From: Lama glama
Lineage: Eukaryota
DNA: 64,000 nt
Assembly (NCBI GenBank): GCA_028534125.1
Contig: CM052818.1
Coordinates: forward strand, 1,614,001 to 1,678,000
Reading direction: 5' to 3'
The position numbers were made by a program, and so were the translations under genes. This document shows, piece after piece, positions 53,046 through 64,000 of this stretch (positions within the stretch are counted from its first letter, which is position 1; each line of letters begins with the position of its first letter). The notes beneath the pieces were generated by a model. It worked only from the letters and a program-made list of their open reading frames with translations. It had not been told where the DNA came from and searched no databases.

Positions 53046-56000
53046 CTAAAGAAAAGCTTCTTGAATGTGCATATAATCAATCTGTATATGTATCGGCATA
53101 TTAAAGCAGACTGGGGGCTTCTGATCCCCCTCCCATGTGCAGTTTTTCTCCTGCCAAGAAGCCTCTGAGAATCTGGGTGTGCAAATCAGTCCCAGGTGTG
53201 TGTAACGCTAAATCTTGAACAACTTGTATCTCCTGTCACCAGAGAAAACACCACTAAATAATTTGGGAGAGTCTGTGTGTGTGTATATTTCCTTTATTTC
53301 CTTTTCTCTGATTGTACAAGTGATCTGTACTCATTTTAAAAGTTTATAAAATCTAAGGAAAAATAAAATCCCTTGTAATCTTCCCCTCTTTAACAGCCTC
53401 AGTTAACATTATATGAAATAATTGTCATGTTTTCTATGCATATTAATTTTATATAGTTGAAGTCAGACTAAATAAAATTTTAATTTTATGTGTTAAAATA
53501 TTCACATGTTCTTATGCTATTAGCATCTTTCATGTATGTTTAAAATTGACTCTAGGAAAACAATCACGTATTTAAGGATATATTGAGTCACAAAACTATA
53601 GGAGAGCTATTTAATGCATTTATTGATTTTCTGGAATAATACCAGTGACAATTACTGTGCTATGGCTAGTACCCTGGTAGTTAGTCACATCAGCGTCCGT
53701 TAAATGAAGCACTTTAATATTTGCTTTTAAATCAATTTGCAATACCAACTCACTAATTCATCATTGAATAGTAGTCTAATTTCTTCTAATGTTTTGTGCT
53801 GAATATAGAAGTGTTTCTTATCATTTGTTTGGTCACCAACCCTCTGAGAATTCAATAAAAGCTATGAACCTTCTTCCCAGAGAAATGCGTATTCCCACAA
53901 AAAACCGGTTGTAATGATGATCAGTAATAATATGCCAGGCACTGGGTCAACTGCTCTACATGTGTTATTACACTTAATCCTTATTGCAGCACTGCAAGGA
54001 ATGTACTGTTATCCTCATTTTGGAGATGAAGACATTGAAGCTTTAAGGAGATTAAGTAATTTGCACATGCCCATAGAGCTAGTAACTGGAGCTCAGACTT
54101 TGATTTTTGTGACCCCCAAAGCCCATCCCCTCAATCATGGTGCACCTAATTTCAGGGAGCTCATTAATTCCTAAAACCTTATTGATACTCATGTTAAGGA
54201 TACCTTACTATTGCAGCCCAAAAATTTTCACTGGCGGTGAAGAGTATGTGTAAATAATGAATCTTGTTATTTCTGTAACTTAATGTAAGTATTTGGTGGC
54301 CATCTACTATTTTGAATACTTGTTAGGTTCTGTGATATGGTTCTTATGTCTAAGGAGTTTACTGCCTATGTGGGAAGACAGGAATTAAATACATAAAACA
54401 ATAAAAATATGTAAGTATGAAGTTGTATATATAGTAATTAGATAGTTCCATAAGCTATACATGAAAATTAATCTCTTAGTCACACCTAATGCAGTTGTCA
54501 CCCTTTGATTCCCTGATTTATAAAAGGAAAATCAAATCGAAAGGGCCTCCATGTCCTCTGGGAATCTGGAAGGTTCAATCGGTCATAAAATGAGGTCTAT
54601 AAAGTAAGCCTGACTACATCTGTATCCCATGCAGATTCCTGAGTGCTTTCGACAGCGTCATAGGTCAGCCCCAGGGAGCATGCGCAATAAGGAGATTCAA
54701 GGACATACAGCCAGCTCTCGAGCATTCAAACCATGTATCACAGGGCAATTCTGTTGCGCTGGACACGTGTAAGGCAGCAGAACACCTTGATAGTTGTTGT
54801 TGCATCTTAACTCAAGTAGGATTCCTACGCGCAGCGGGGACCTCGTTACTTCAAATGATCAGCATAGCCTTGAGTCATACAGGAGCAATAGTGATAATCT
54901 ACTGACCTTGGATGAAACTGTCAGGCATGGGAAGCTTATTTAAGCTGGCCGCCTGACAGTCAAGGCTGTCAAAAAAGAATGGCTCTGGCTATGATTCAAA
55001 GAACTGCTTTCTACAGGAGCATAGTATGGGAAAGTTGTACCTCTGATTGGACAGCTGCTGTATACAACCCTGTGTATACAAGGTTATCACAGATAATGGC
55101 TGTTGTAAGATATGAAGGATGAATTATGTCAGGCTTTTATTGTGTCAGCATAGCCCTCATCAAATATTTGCTCAGTGTTAGAATTTTAGTCTTTTAAAAC
55201 TTTCACTGTTTGGCCACACATATGATTGCATTAATTTATAAATGGCATGTAAATTTTCTTTCTGAAGCAAATGGGAACCTAGTGCTACTACTCATTTTTC
55301 CTTCCATTTACGCCATTTTTATTTGAAATCTCTAAAATAAGAATATTTTGTGTTACAGTTTTACAACACATTTGTGTCTATTTTAATGAGTTTAAAAAAT
55401 TGTTTTAAATTTCATTTCACGTAATGTTTTTGTATTGACTTAACTTGTGAGCATTATTTTTAAAGTAAGAGCAAAGATTTTATGAAAAGCTATGAGACAT
55501 TTCCTAGATGGAAAATATTTTTAAAGGACAGAAATTCTCATCATTGTTCACAAACCTCATTTGAATCTATCCAGCTACCGGTCGTTGGAAGTAATTTTCC
55601 AGACATATATGCAAATATCTTGATGGATTTTATTTCATTTCAAAAGAAAACCACAATACCAACTTTCTATAATTTCTTAAATTCATTCCTGGAGGAGAAT
55701 ATAACTGAAAGGAAAACATTCCTTTTCATATTTGCTTTGAGAAGATATTTGAGTTGCTTTCGAGGTAAATAGTAGATTGGTGTTAAATGTCCATCACACT
55801 CTGGCTTCACAGAGAGAATTCTAGGCATAGGAAGTGTCCAACTTTTGAACTTGCTGTGTGCACACGCACACGTGTGTGTGTTGTGTGTATGTAGGGAGCT
55901 TAAACAAGACCTTTTGATTTCATAATAAGCTGGGCTTAGGGACAATAAAACTTGACATTCTTAACTGTTACTGGTATTCATCCCTATAGTCTTGTGTAGT

Positions 56001-56304
56001 TATTTTCTTGTTAATGATGTAGAAGCCAGAGTCATAAACTGAGCAGGTACCCAAGGCGCTACTGTAAATTGCAAATAGCATTCATGTGGTCTCTTTGACC
56101 TAAGACTAAGTTGGGTAGAGGAGAAAAAAAAAAGAAATTTTGAGTGTAGAATAGAAGTCAAGAACAAAGAATATACTTGAAGGAGGGACTTGCACAAATG
56201 CTTCCTAAGTTTTTGCAGTGAGATTTATTTAGATAGGTCCTTTCATATCTGCAGACATTTCTTTAAGAGCCAAGCACGATTGGGGCAGCCTCTGCTGCTG
56301 GGGG

Positions 56305-56305
<1 letters not shown>

Positions 56306-56345
<40 letters not shown>
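56306..56345. repeat. (TG)20 microsatellite
   Basis: Visible; about 530 bp upstream of the third exon. Confidence 0.95.
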
Positions 56346-56347
<2 letters not shown>

Positions 56348-56877
56348 GGCAATAATGCACTCATGAGATAATACAAATAATCAGTGAGGGAATAATTAAT
56401 GATGTGACAGGGAATATTTTTTGATAAATGCTCGGGGAATGAGGTGACAGGCGTGAAATTAGAAAATTCCTTCAGCGATCTAAAATATAAATAGCTTTCG
56501 GAACTGAAAAGAGTTTCACAGCTGAAGATTTTATTGTGTTGAGAGGAAAAAGTTTTTTCTCTCCCCCACTCCCTCCTCCTCTGCAAGTTGTTTGTCCATT
56601 CACAAAACAAATACTCTGAAGCCCAGCGCGGCTCATGGGAATAAATTTCAGGTCGAATTAGTACAGTTTCCTTGCTGTCAGGATGCTGGAATTAATGGTG
56701 TTTTGATGACACGAATTTTGAAGGGCAAACAAAGAAGCTGAAGGGAGAGAGACATGACTCCTTAGAAGCTTGGTCCTCCTCTCCCCCAGCCTCTCTTGTC
56801 TTCCCTGTCATCCGTCTGCCAATCTCCCTGTCCATGGTTAGTTAAAGGCGCTTTTTATCCTCTTTTCTTTCCCACAG

Positions 56878-56951
56878 AGTTTGCCAGATCCGGCCCGGTG
56901 CCTGGGTTCCAGGAGGACACGCTGCAGTTGGCCTTCATCGACTTGAGACAA
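56878..56951 (+). CDS. EXOC6B: EXOC6B internal coding exon (74 nt, phase 1-0)
   Basis: Polypyrimidine tract, acceptor cccacag|AG and donor CAA|gtaagt. Split codon C|AG=Q, then FARSGPVPGFQEDTLQLAFIDLRQ; phase matches the previous exon. Confidence 0.95.
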
Positions 56952-57963
56952 GTAAGTCTTTGTGTTTTTGTTTTTTGTTTTTCTTTTAAGATGTGTGACT
57001 GAAGACCATCAGGTCTTAAGGAAAAGGGGAGGGGCGGGGGATTGGCGTTGGCGATTCACACTGGAGACCTAAGGGGCTTTCCCTGTGTTTGAGGCCACCT
57101 CTTTTATTTAGCTATCTGGGATCCTTAGCTATGGTGGAGTTAAAGATTTTGTGGGTAGAAGGGAAGGCAGGAGGTGGGAGGAGGGACCCAGAGAGTAGAG
57201 GGACTCAAGTGACCCTCAAGTGATGTGACCCATTGTGCTATAGTTGGCTTCTGCAGACACAGCAAAAAGATAACTCGGCAAACCAATGCTAAGCAGGTGC
57301 ACTGATGCAGAGAATGCCTGCCTGGAGAACTTTGTTTGCAGATAATGGGAGCAGTAGCATTTAAGAAAAAATGAAATATTTTCCATTCTGGATTGTTGGT
57401 TTGGTTTGTTGACTTTTTTCTGTTGCCTCAAAGTCTTCCCAGCCCCTCCTTTACAGAATGTGGTCAGCTGCGAGTGACTAAGTGGTCGTTTTAGGAGACT
57501 GTCAAAGGCCCTGACCAGTCGTGCTAACCTGATAGTCATCCCTATTAAAGGGACGTGATGAAGGCTGGTACCTGAGTACACCTGAGCTTTTGCAAGCCCG
57601 TCGGATAGGAAGAGTCGTGCCGTATGGCTGTTACTTGCAGATTGAAAAGGGTGGGTTGGTAGGCCTTGGTGGCTTGGGTATAGAGGAGCAGTGTGGGCGG
57701 GGGCCGGAAGAGGGAGAGAGTTAACTGGGCTCTGTCATCTCTTCACTCTGAAGATGGATGGGGTTGGATAGAAAGTGTGAATGAAGTAAGAATCAATGAC
57801 TGATGCTTCTCTCCTATTAAAACAATCTTTTTTTTTTGTCTGTTTTTAAAAGGGGGCTGGCTTTGTTTCTCCTGCCATAATGATGCAGTGCCTCTTGTTT
57901 TCAGAGCTGACATAGTTTGCATTCTGAAAACTTTTCGATGCCCAGGGTATTTCTTAAAGCTGT

Positions 57964-59056
57964 AGGACCCCTTGTATTGGTCGGCTCCTTGGTGTGACTC
58001 GATTCATGCTAGAACAGCTTTTAACCCATAATGGATGGCCCGAGCTACCCCTGAATCCTTGTGGATGGGTGGTGTAATCTGTCATCTGATGACAATTCTG
58101 GAAAGCCCTGTTAAGCAGAAAACAGAAAATTGTGCCTCTATAGACCGCCAAAGTTTGAGGATTCGGGCCGCGTCCCAGAAACGTGTGTCAACTTAATATT
58201 TAGGGGTTGAGGTGGGGGTTCTCTGACACATCACATCCAGGCTCTCTCAGCATGGTCCCCAGTGGAGCCGAGTAGCCCCTTCTACACTGAAGACTTTCCA
58301 CCTGTGCATTCAGCAACTCAGAGGAGACATTCAGGTTTTAACCCCTCGACTGATGAAAGACTGAAAGATCTGAGATTTTTGCTTTAGGGTTTTGTGGAAT
58401 GGTATCTGTTGGACTCCCTCCCTCCCCGTTTCTTCTCAGAAACCGCCAAGCCAATCGACTTTTCTTGGAAAGCAGAAATTTCATTTCATTGGAGAAACAC
58501 ATCCAAGGACAAATTTTCTCCTTCTGACTGTTCATGAAAAGGAAGTGTGGTCATTCTCTCGAGTCTGTGGTTTTGGGCCCTATGGGAAGCGACTGGTGTT
58601 CACAGAAAATGTTAACTGAGGGAGCAAGTTTGAAAGCACAGCCAAAATAAGGCGAATCTGTGCTGGGGATGAACGCTTGAGGGGTCGTGAGCTCTCAGTG
58701 AGCACCGTTGTCATTTGTGCTTAAGTTGCTATTTTCTGTTACATTTTTATCCTCAGAGTTTCTTTTATGACGTTGTAGTAGTAGAAACCGGAACTCCGAA
58801 ATTTCACTGACTCATGAAAGAGTATGCCTCTCCCTATTAAATCTATTACTTGTTTTCTATTTATGTCTGTCTCTTTTAAAGCAGCTTAAAATTTTCCTAA
58901 CTTAGAGCATTTGAAAAACTTCCCTAGCTCATTATTAACAGGCTTCAGGTATCCACAACGATTCAGGGGTAGCTCGGGCCATCCATTATGGGTTAAAAGC
59001 TGTTCTAGCATGAATCGAGTCACAGTGGTAAGGAGCCGACCAATACAAGGGGTCCT
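57964..59056. repeat. Long near-perfect inverted repeat: arms 57964-58066 and 58951-59056, spacer 884 bp
   Basis: Base-by-base reverse-complement match: 27 bp perfect, a 2x5-nt discrepancy, 65 bp perfect, 1 mismatch, 8 bp perfect. Confidence 0.97.
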
Positions 59057-60956
59057 TGACTCAGTGTGAGAAAAAGTGTATCTTTGCATATCCCCTACTG
59101 AAAATATTCATCACTTTGCAGTTTATCTTAGCAACATTCTCATGACTTAACTGAAGTGAGCACTGTTTTAAAGGGAGCATCTTATGAACTATAAGAGATG
59201 TTCAAACTATTAATGGAAAGTCTGGGAGTGAGTATGTTTTCACAGGAGATGTCTTGATCTCAAATGAGACATGATTAGGTGTCCTTGAATAAGTGTCCTT
59301 TTGCGTGTACGTTTTGGAATCCTAGAAAAGAGTTATGGGATTTGGGGACAGGGTGCTGATCTTAAAAATCATGTATAACCTTTGGCTTGATCCTTGAATC
59401 CCCGTCCAGCACCCCGGACAATGCCTGAATATTCTTCTTGAAGAGAAGTTGCTGCCTCAAAGCAGTGAGGTCCACCTTAGGACAATCTGATTATTACAAA
59501 GATATTTCTTAAATTGGCTAAAATCTGCCTCATTTCAGTTTGCCCCTTTCACTCTTTATGTTTTTGTTAATGCACCCCAGCTGGGGGGATGGGCTTTCTA
59601 TCCTGATTTATCAAGCTTCGTATCCTCTAGGAATTGAATCTTTTTCGCATGTGGCATTGTCACCCATTCCTTATCAAGTCCTTGTGTGGTTGGTTGATTT
59701 TATGGACCAAAATTGAAGACTTTACCCTCTTTGGTCTACATTTTCCTTTTAGGCGTATTATTAACAACACACATTTTTATCATTCTTATTTATTTAGCTT
59801 ACTTAAATCTTTTAAGGTCCTGATTCAGTTATCTACCTTACTACATGATTTAACCGTTATGCCCTTTTTAAGCCAAAAATAACAATATTTAACAAGAACG
59901 GCAGAAGTTAAAGGAAGAAGCTAAAGTTAAGGCAAGTTATAGGATACACACACACAACCCATGCATAATGAGGATTTATCCCCAGTTCGGTGCAGCGAGG
60001 ATGTTCTGTTTCTGTCATTGAGTGTATTTTTCTCATTGGTTTATGACTGTCTTCATTCTGATCATGCTTTCAGGTTCTTTTGCTTTGGAGTGTTTCAGAC
60101 ACTGTCAATTAAATGATAATTTTTAAAATATTCAAAACATGGACTATTTGATGGAATCATCCCTGTATAGACGATAATAGCATAGTGCCATTTAAAAGCC
60201 ATAGAATTTTATTAGGAAGCAAATTAGATGTGGATAGCCGTGCTATTCATCCTTTCTCAGCTGTCCCGTCTATTCTGATTTTTCTACTTCTTAAGGAGAA
60301 AAGGGAAATGACATTTTGAATATACAAGCGTCCCTGGTATTTTACATTTGTATAGCACTTCAAAGTTACAGTATATTTACATACAGATCTCATTTGTCAG
60401 GTTTCTGGCTTTAGCAAAATAGCTGTTAATACTAACGTGAATTAGTGCATATCAAAATCTCCTCCTTTGTCACTTGATAATTTCTATATTCCCAAGTTCA
60501 AAAAAGTAGGATTGCTGTGCAACCTCGCGTTCATGTATCAAATAGATGTGTGTCTTTCTATCAAAATCCAAATTTGGGTTAATACTAAATCTTGAGGACA
60601 ACTTAGGGGCCCACTTGTTAACTATCAGGAAGTGGCTTGTATATTCCAAGTACTAACAATTGCTGGCCTTTCATGATTCATAACTGAGAATCCTAATACG
60701 AGGCCAATAGTAGGTTCTCAGTAGTCATTTGACTCTAAAGTACTATGATTTGTATTTTCTTCTGCTTTTAAACATCAAGTAAATAATGCCGATGAACACC
60801 GGAATCGGAACTTCAGTTGATTTTCATTTCAGTTTATCAAACGCTTAAGCACCTACTAGGAACAAAGCACAACTTAGGTGTTGTGGCAACACACCAATGA
60901 ATATAATACAGTGTCTGCCCTCCGGGAGCAAAGAGGTGAACAGCAAATACTTGATT

Positions 60957-61232
60957 CTATGTACAACATCAAGAGTGAACCCTAATGTAAGCTATGGGCT
61001 TTGGTTGATAATAATGCGTCCATGTTGGTTCATCGATTGTGCCAAATACGCCACACTGGTGAGGGATGCTGAGGGTAGGGGAGTATATATGTGTGGGTGG
61101 GGAGGTCTATGTGAGAACTCTGTATTTTCTGTTCAATTCTGCTGTAACCCTAAAACTGCCCTTTAAAAATGAAGTCTATTAAAAAAATATAAGATAAAAA
61201 GCACATTTAAAAAATTAAGAAAATTTAAAAAA
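60957..61232 (+). mobile_element. L1MC-type 3' end inserted into an L2-like relic
   Basis: gtacaacatcaagagtgaaccctaatgtaagctatgg motif, A-rich tail, perfect 12-bp TSD aaatacttgatt (60945-60956 / 61233-61244). Confidence 0.8.
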
Positions 61233-61294
61233 AAATACTTGATTTTAATATAAGGCACACTGTAAGTATTTCATTGGAAAGATGAAACTGTTGT

Positions 61295-61720
61295 TATGTT
61301 TCAGTTATTTCAACAGCTTTTGCTGCAAAACAAATCACCCCAAAACATTTTGGCCTAGAAGTGGAATCATTTATTTAGCTCCAGTTTCTACAGATTGAGT
61401 AGATTCAGTTGGGCTCATGCAGACTTTGAGATCAGCTGCCAGGTTGGCTGGGGACTGTCTGAGCTAGGGTGCCTTAGCCGAGCCGGCTCTTCTCTGCTCC
61501 TTGAGATCTCTCATCTCTCAGCAGCCCAGGCCAGGCGTCGTCACATGGCATCTTGGCAGGATTCCAGGAGAGCAGGAGGAAATAGGAAAATCCCTTGAGC
61601 CCTACACTTGAAACTACTGAACAATCACTTCTTCCAAATTCTGTTGGCCAGAGCAGGTCACAAAGCCAGCCCTAATTCAAGGAAAGGGGAAGTAGACTCC
61701 AACTCACACTTGCGTTGGAA
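61295..61720. mobile_element. MLT1-type LTR relic
   Basis: aacaaatcaccccaaaac and cacttcttccaaattctgttggccagagcaggtcacaaagccagccc motifs. Confidence 0.65.
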
Positions 61721-61890
61721 TAGATGACTTTTATATAAACGATGCGATGTCAACAATGCCAATCAGGAGCAAGACTGAATCTGTAAGTGCAACAAAAGGC
61801 CATGAGGTCGAGAGGTCTTTGTAGGCCTGGGAAGTTAAAAATATTTCATGGAAAAGGTAGAGAGTTAAACTGAGAGAAAGTTAGGTATTG

Positions 61891-62390
61891 NNNNNNNNNN
61901 NNNNNNNNNNNNNNNNNNNNNNNNNNNNNNNNNNNNNNNNNNNNNNNNNNNNNNNNNNNNNNNNNNNNNNNNNNNNNNNNNNNNNNNNNNNNNNNNNNNN
62001 NNNNNNNNNNNNNNNNNNNNNNNNNNNNNNNNNNNNNNNNNNNNNNNNNNNNNNNNNNNNNNNNNNNNNNNNNNNNNNNNNNNNNNNNNNNNNNNNNNNN
62101 NNNNNNNNNNNNNNNNNNNNNNNNNNNNNNNNNNNNNNNNNNNNNNNNNNNNNNNNNNNNNNNNNNNNNNNNNNNNNNNNNNNNNNNNNNNNNNNNNNNN
62201 NNNNNNNNNNNNNNNNNNNNNNNNNNNNNNNNNNNNNNNNNNNNNNNNNNNNNNNNNNNNNNNNNNNNNNNNNNNNNNNNNNNNNNNNNNNNNNNNNNNN
62301 NNNNNNNNNNNNNNNNNNNNNNNNNNNNNNNNNNNNNNNNNNNNNNNNNNNNNNNNNNNNNNNNNNNNNNNNNNNNNNNNNNNNNNNNNN
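61891..62390. other. Assembly gap (500 N)
   Basis: Run of exactly 500 N. Confidence 1.
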
Positions 62391-64000
62391 GGTAGCATAT
62401 ATAGACAGCATGTGTGTGGGGGTAGATGTCATTTCAGAAATGAAATCCAGTCATCATATCCCAAAGGCGTTTGTTGATTAGAAGAGGATATAAAATATAT
62501 TTGAACACCTGTGCAAATCTCTTTGCTGATACAGAGCCACTAAAAGTTCCTGCAGATATAGACCATGTCTAGAAACAGGCACAGCCAGCATTTGGAAAAA
62601 CACATAGACTTCCCTAATCAGGAAGTCTTTATTCAACACGGTGCCCAGCATTGTGACCGTGGGTCCGGTGGTAGAGGGGATGCAGTGTGGTGAATAAGAC
62701 ATGCTCCCTTCCCTTGTGGAGCTTACATTCCTGTGTAGTATGTTTGCCCATGCTTGTAAAATGGGCCTTTTTAACATTCTGCCCTTCCCAAAGTCTCTCT
62801 TTCAGTGGCCCTTGTGCTTTGATGGAATGCCACTTTGTCTCAATTTTGATTCTTTGTACTGATGCCGTTATTAGTCAGTTTTAGGGCCAGCTGCAGAGTT
62901 TTCTGTAAAGATCCCCAGGACAAAGCCAAGTCTGCTGTATACTAATAAACAGGCATTCAGGAAAGGACTTTTAGCTATGGATTGGCAGCCTGGCATAAAG
63001 ATTTCAACTTGAACTACTTCAAAAGGTAGTCCTTTGGTTTTTGAAAGCAGAGTTTTTCTGGTTGTTTTGAGGGAATTGTTTTGCCCAAGTTGTTCTGACC
63101 GACGCTCATAACCTTCAGTGATACCTCTGATCTTCAAGGAAGTTCTGACATCAAGGAATCCCTATACCCAAGTAGGGGAGAGCTGACACCTTTGGGTCTG
63201 CTTCTATAAAAATAAAAATAGGAACATTCTGAGAGTAGACTGCACTGAGCTCGACCTTTGACCTCACGTAAGCCCAGGCTGGATCAGCATACACAAGCCT
63301 GGGGCACAGGTGAATGAGGCCTTCAGCCATGGGATGTGGCCACAGCCTCTGCAAAGCAAATGTATCCCCTTACCTTGCTTGAGACATTAGTAACTAAAGC
63401 TGTGATGGAAAATCTACAGAAGGAACTGCCAGTAATTCTGGGACTCACTGAATGCCTTTGGTTGATTGGAGGAGAGTTTATTCTAGAATTGTTGAGACTT
63501 TGTCACACATCTACCGGCCTCTTAACTGGGGAGGAGGTGAGCTCAGAAATTCTGTCTCAGGACTTTTGTTTGTTTGTTTAACACAGTCCATTTTTTTCCA
63601 GACCAGGATCTCATGAAATAATATCCAAGCAAACTACAACTCTTTGGTATAGAAAATCACGTAAGGTGTCATGTAAGAGCCAGGAAAAGGCTCAGATATT
63701 TAACGGGACAAGTGACATTATAGCATGTTGGGAAGACCATTTTCTACTCGTTATCCTTTCACCGTGGAAGTCATTTTAGCAACTCAGAGGTCTAATTTCT
63801 TAAAGTCTCATGGAGTTGTCCCAGGGGGTTGGAAATCAGAGGAGAGGGAACAAGTGTTACTGGGGGATACTGACCACACTGAGACCATGGTGGGCTCCAC
63901 ACTGATTTTCTGAAATAGAGAACAGTTGGGGTCATTGAAGGTGGAAGGTTGATGAACTGCATTGTGTGTTTTCTAGGGGCTTTGCTTTCCCTCAGAAAGG

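Noticed and set aside
56796..57002. 68-aa ORF as a standalone gene
   Set aside because: It contains the 74-nt EXOC6B exon with flanking intron.
57954..59089. Autonomous transposon or coding capacity within the long inverted repeat
   Set aside because: Only short unrecognisable ORFs of 65-75 aa, no transposase motifs and no TSD seen.
1..64000. Prokaryote-type systems (CRISPR arrays, operons), rRNA, snoRNA or processed pseudogenes
   Set aside because: None recognisable; the window is mammalian intron. A weak ncRNA cannot be excluded without an Rfam search.

Overview
Mammalian genomic DNA, AT-rich, CpG-poor and repeat-dense. It is most likely from a camelid, judged from three Vic-1-like tRNA(Ala)-derived SINEs and a shared young L1 family. 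The window lies inside EXOC6B (exocyst Sec15B) on the + strand and holds three consecutive, in-frame internal coding exons: 706-885, 30645-30786 and 56878-56951. The rest is intron containing L1, LTR, SINE, MIR and DNA-transposon relics, microsatellites and two 500-N scaffold gaps. Nearly all ORF-track entries are spurious or decayed L1. The main unexplained structure is a near-perfect ~100-bp inverted repeat (57964-58066 and 58951-59056, 884-bp spacer) of apparently non-repeat sequence about 1 kb downstream of the third exon. Secondary observations are a motif-dense, hairpin-containing block at ~54.5-55.1 kb, a candidate L1 3' transduction, nested insertions with target-site duplications (TSDs) and inverted L1 pairs. 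Repeat family names are from recognition by eye, not a database search, and their boundaries are approximate unless TSDs are cited.
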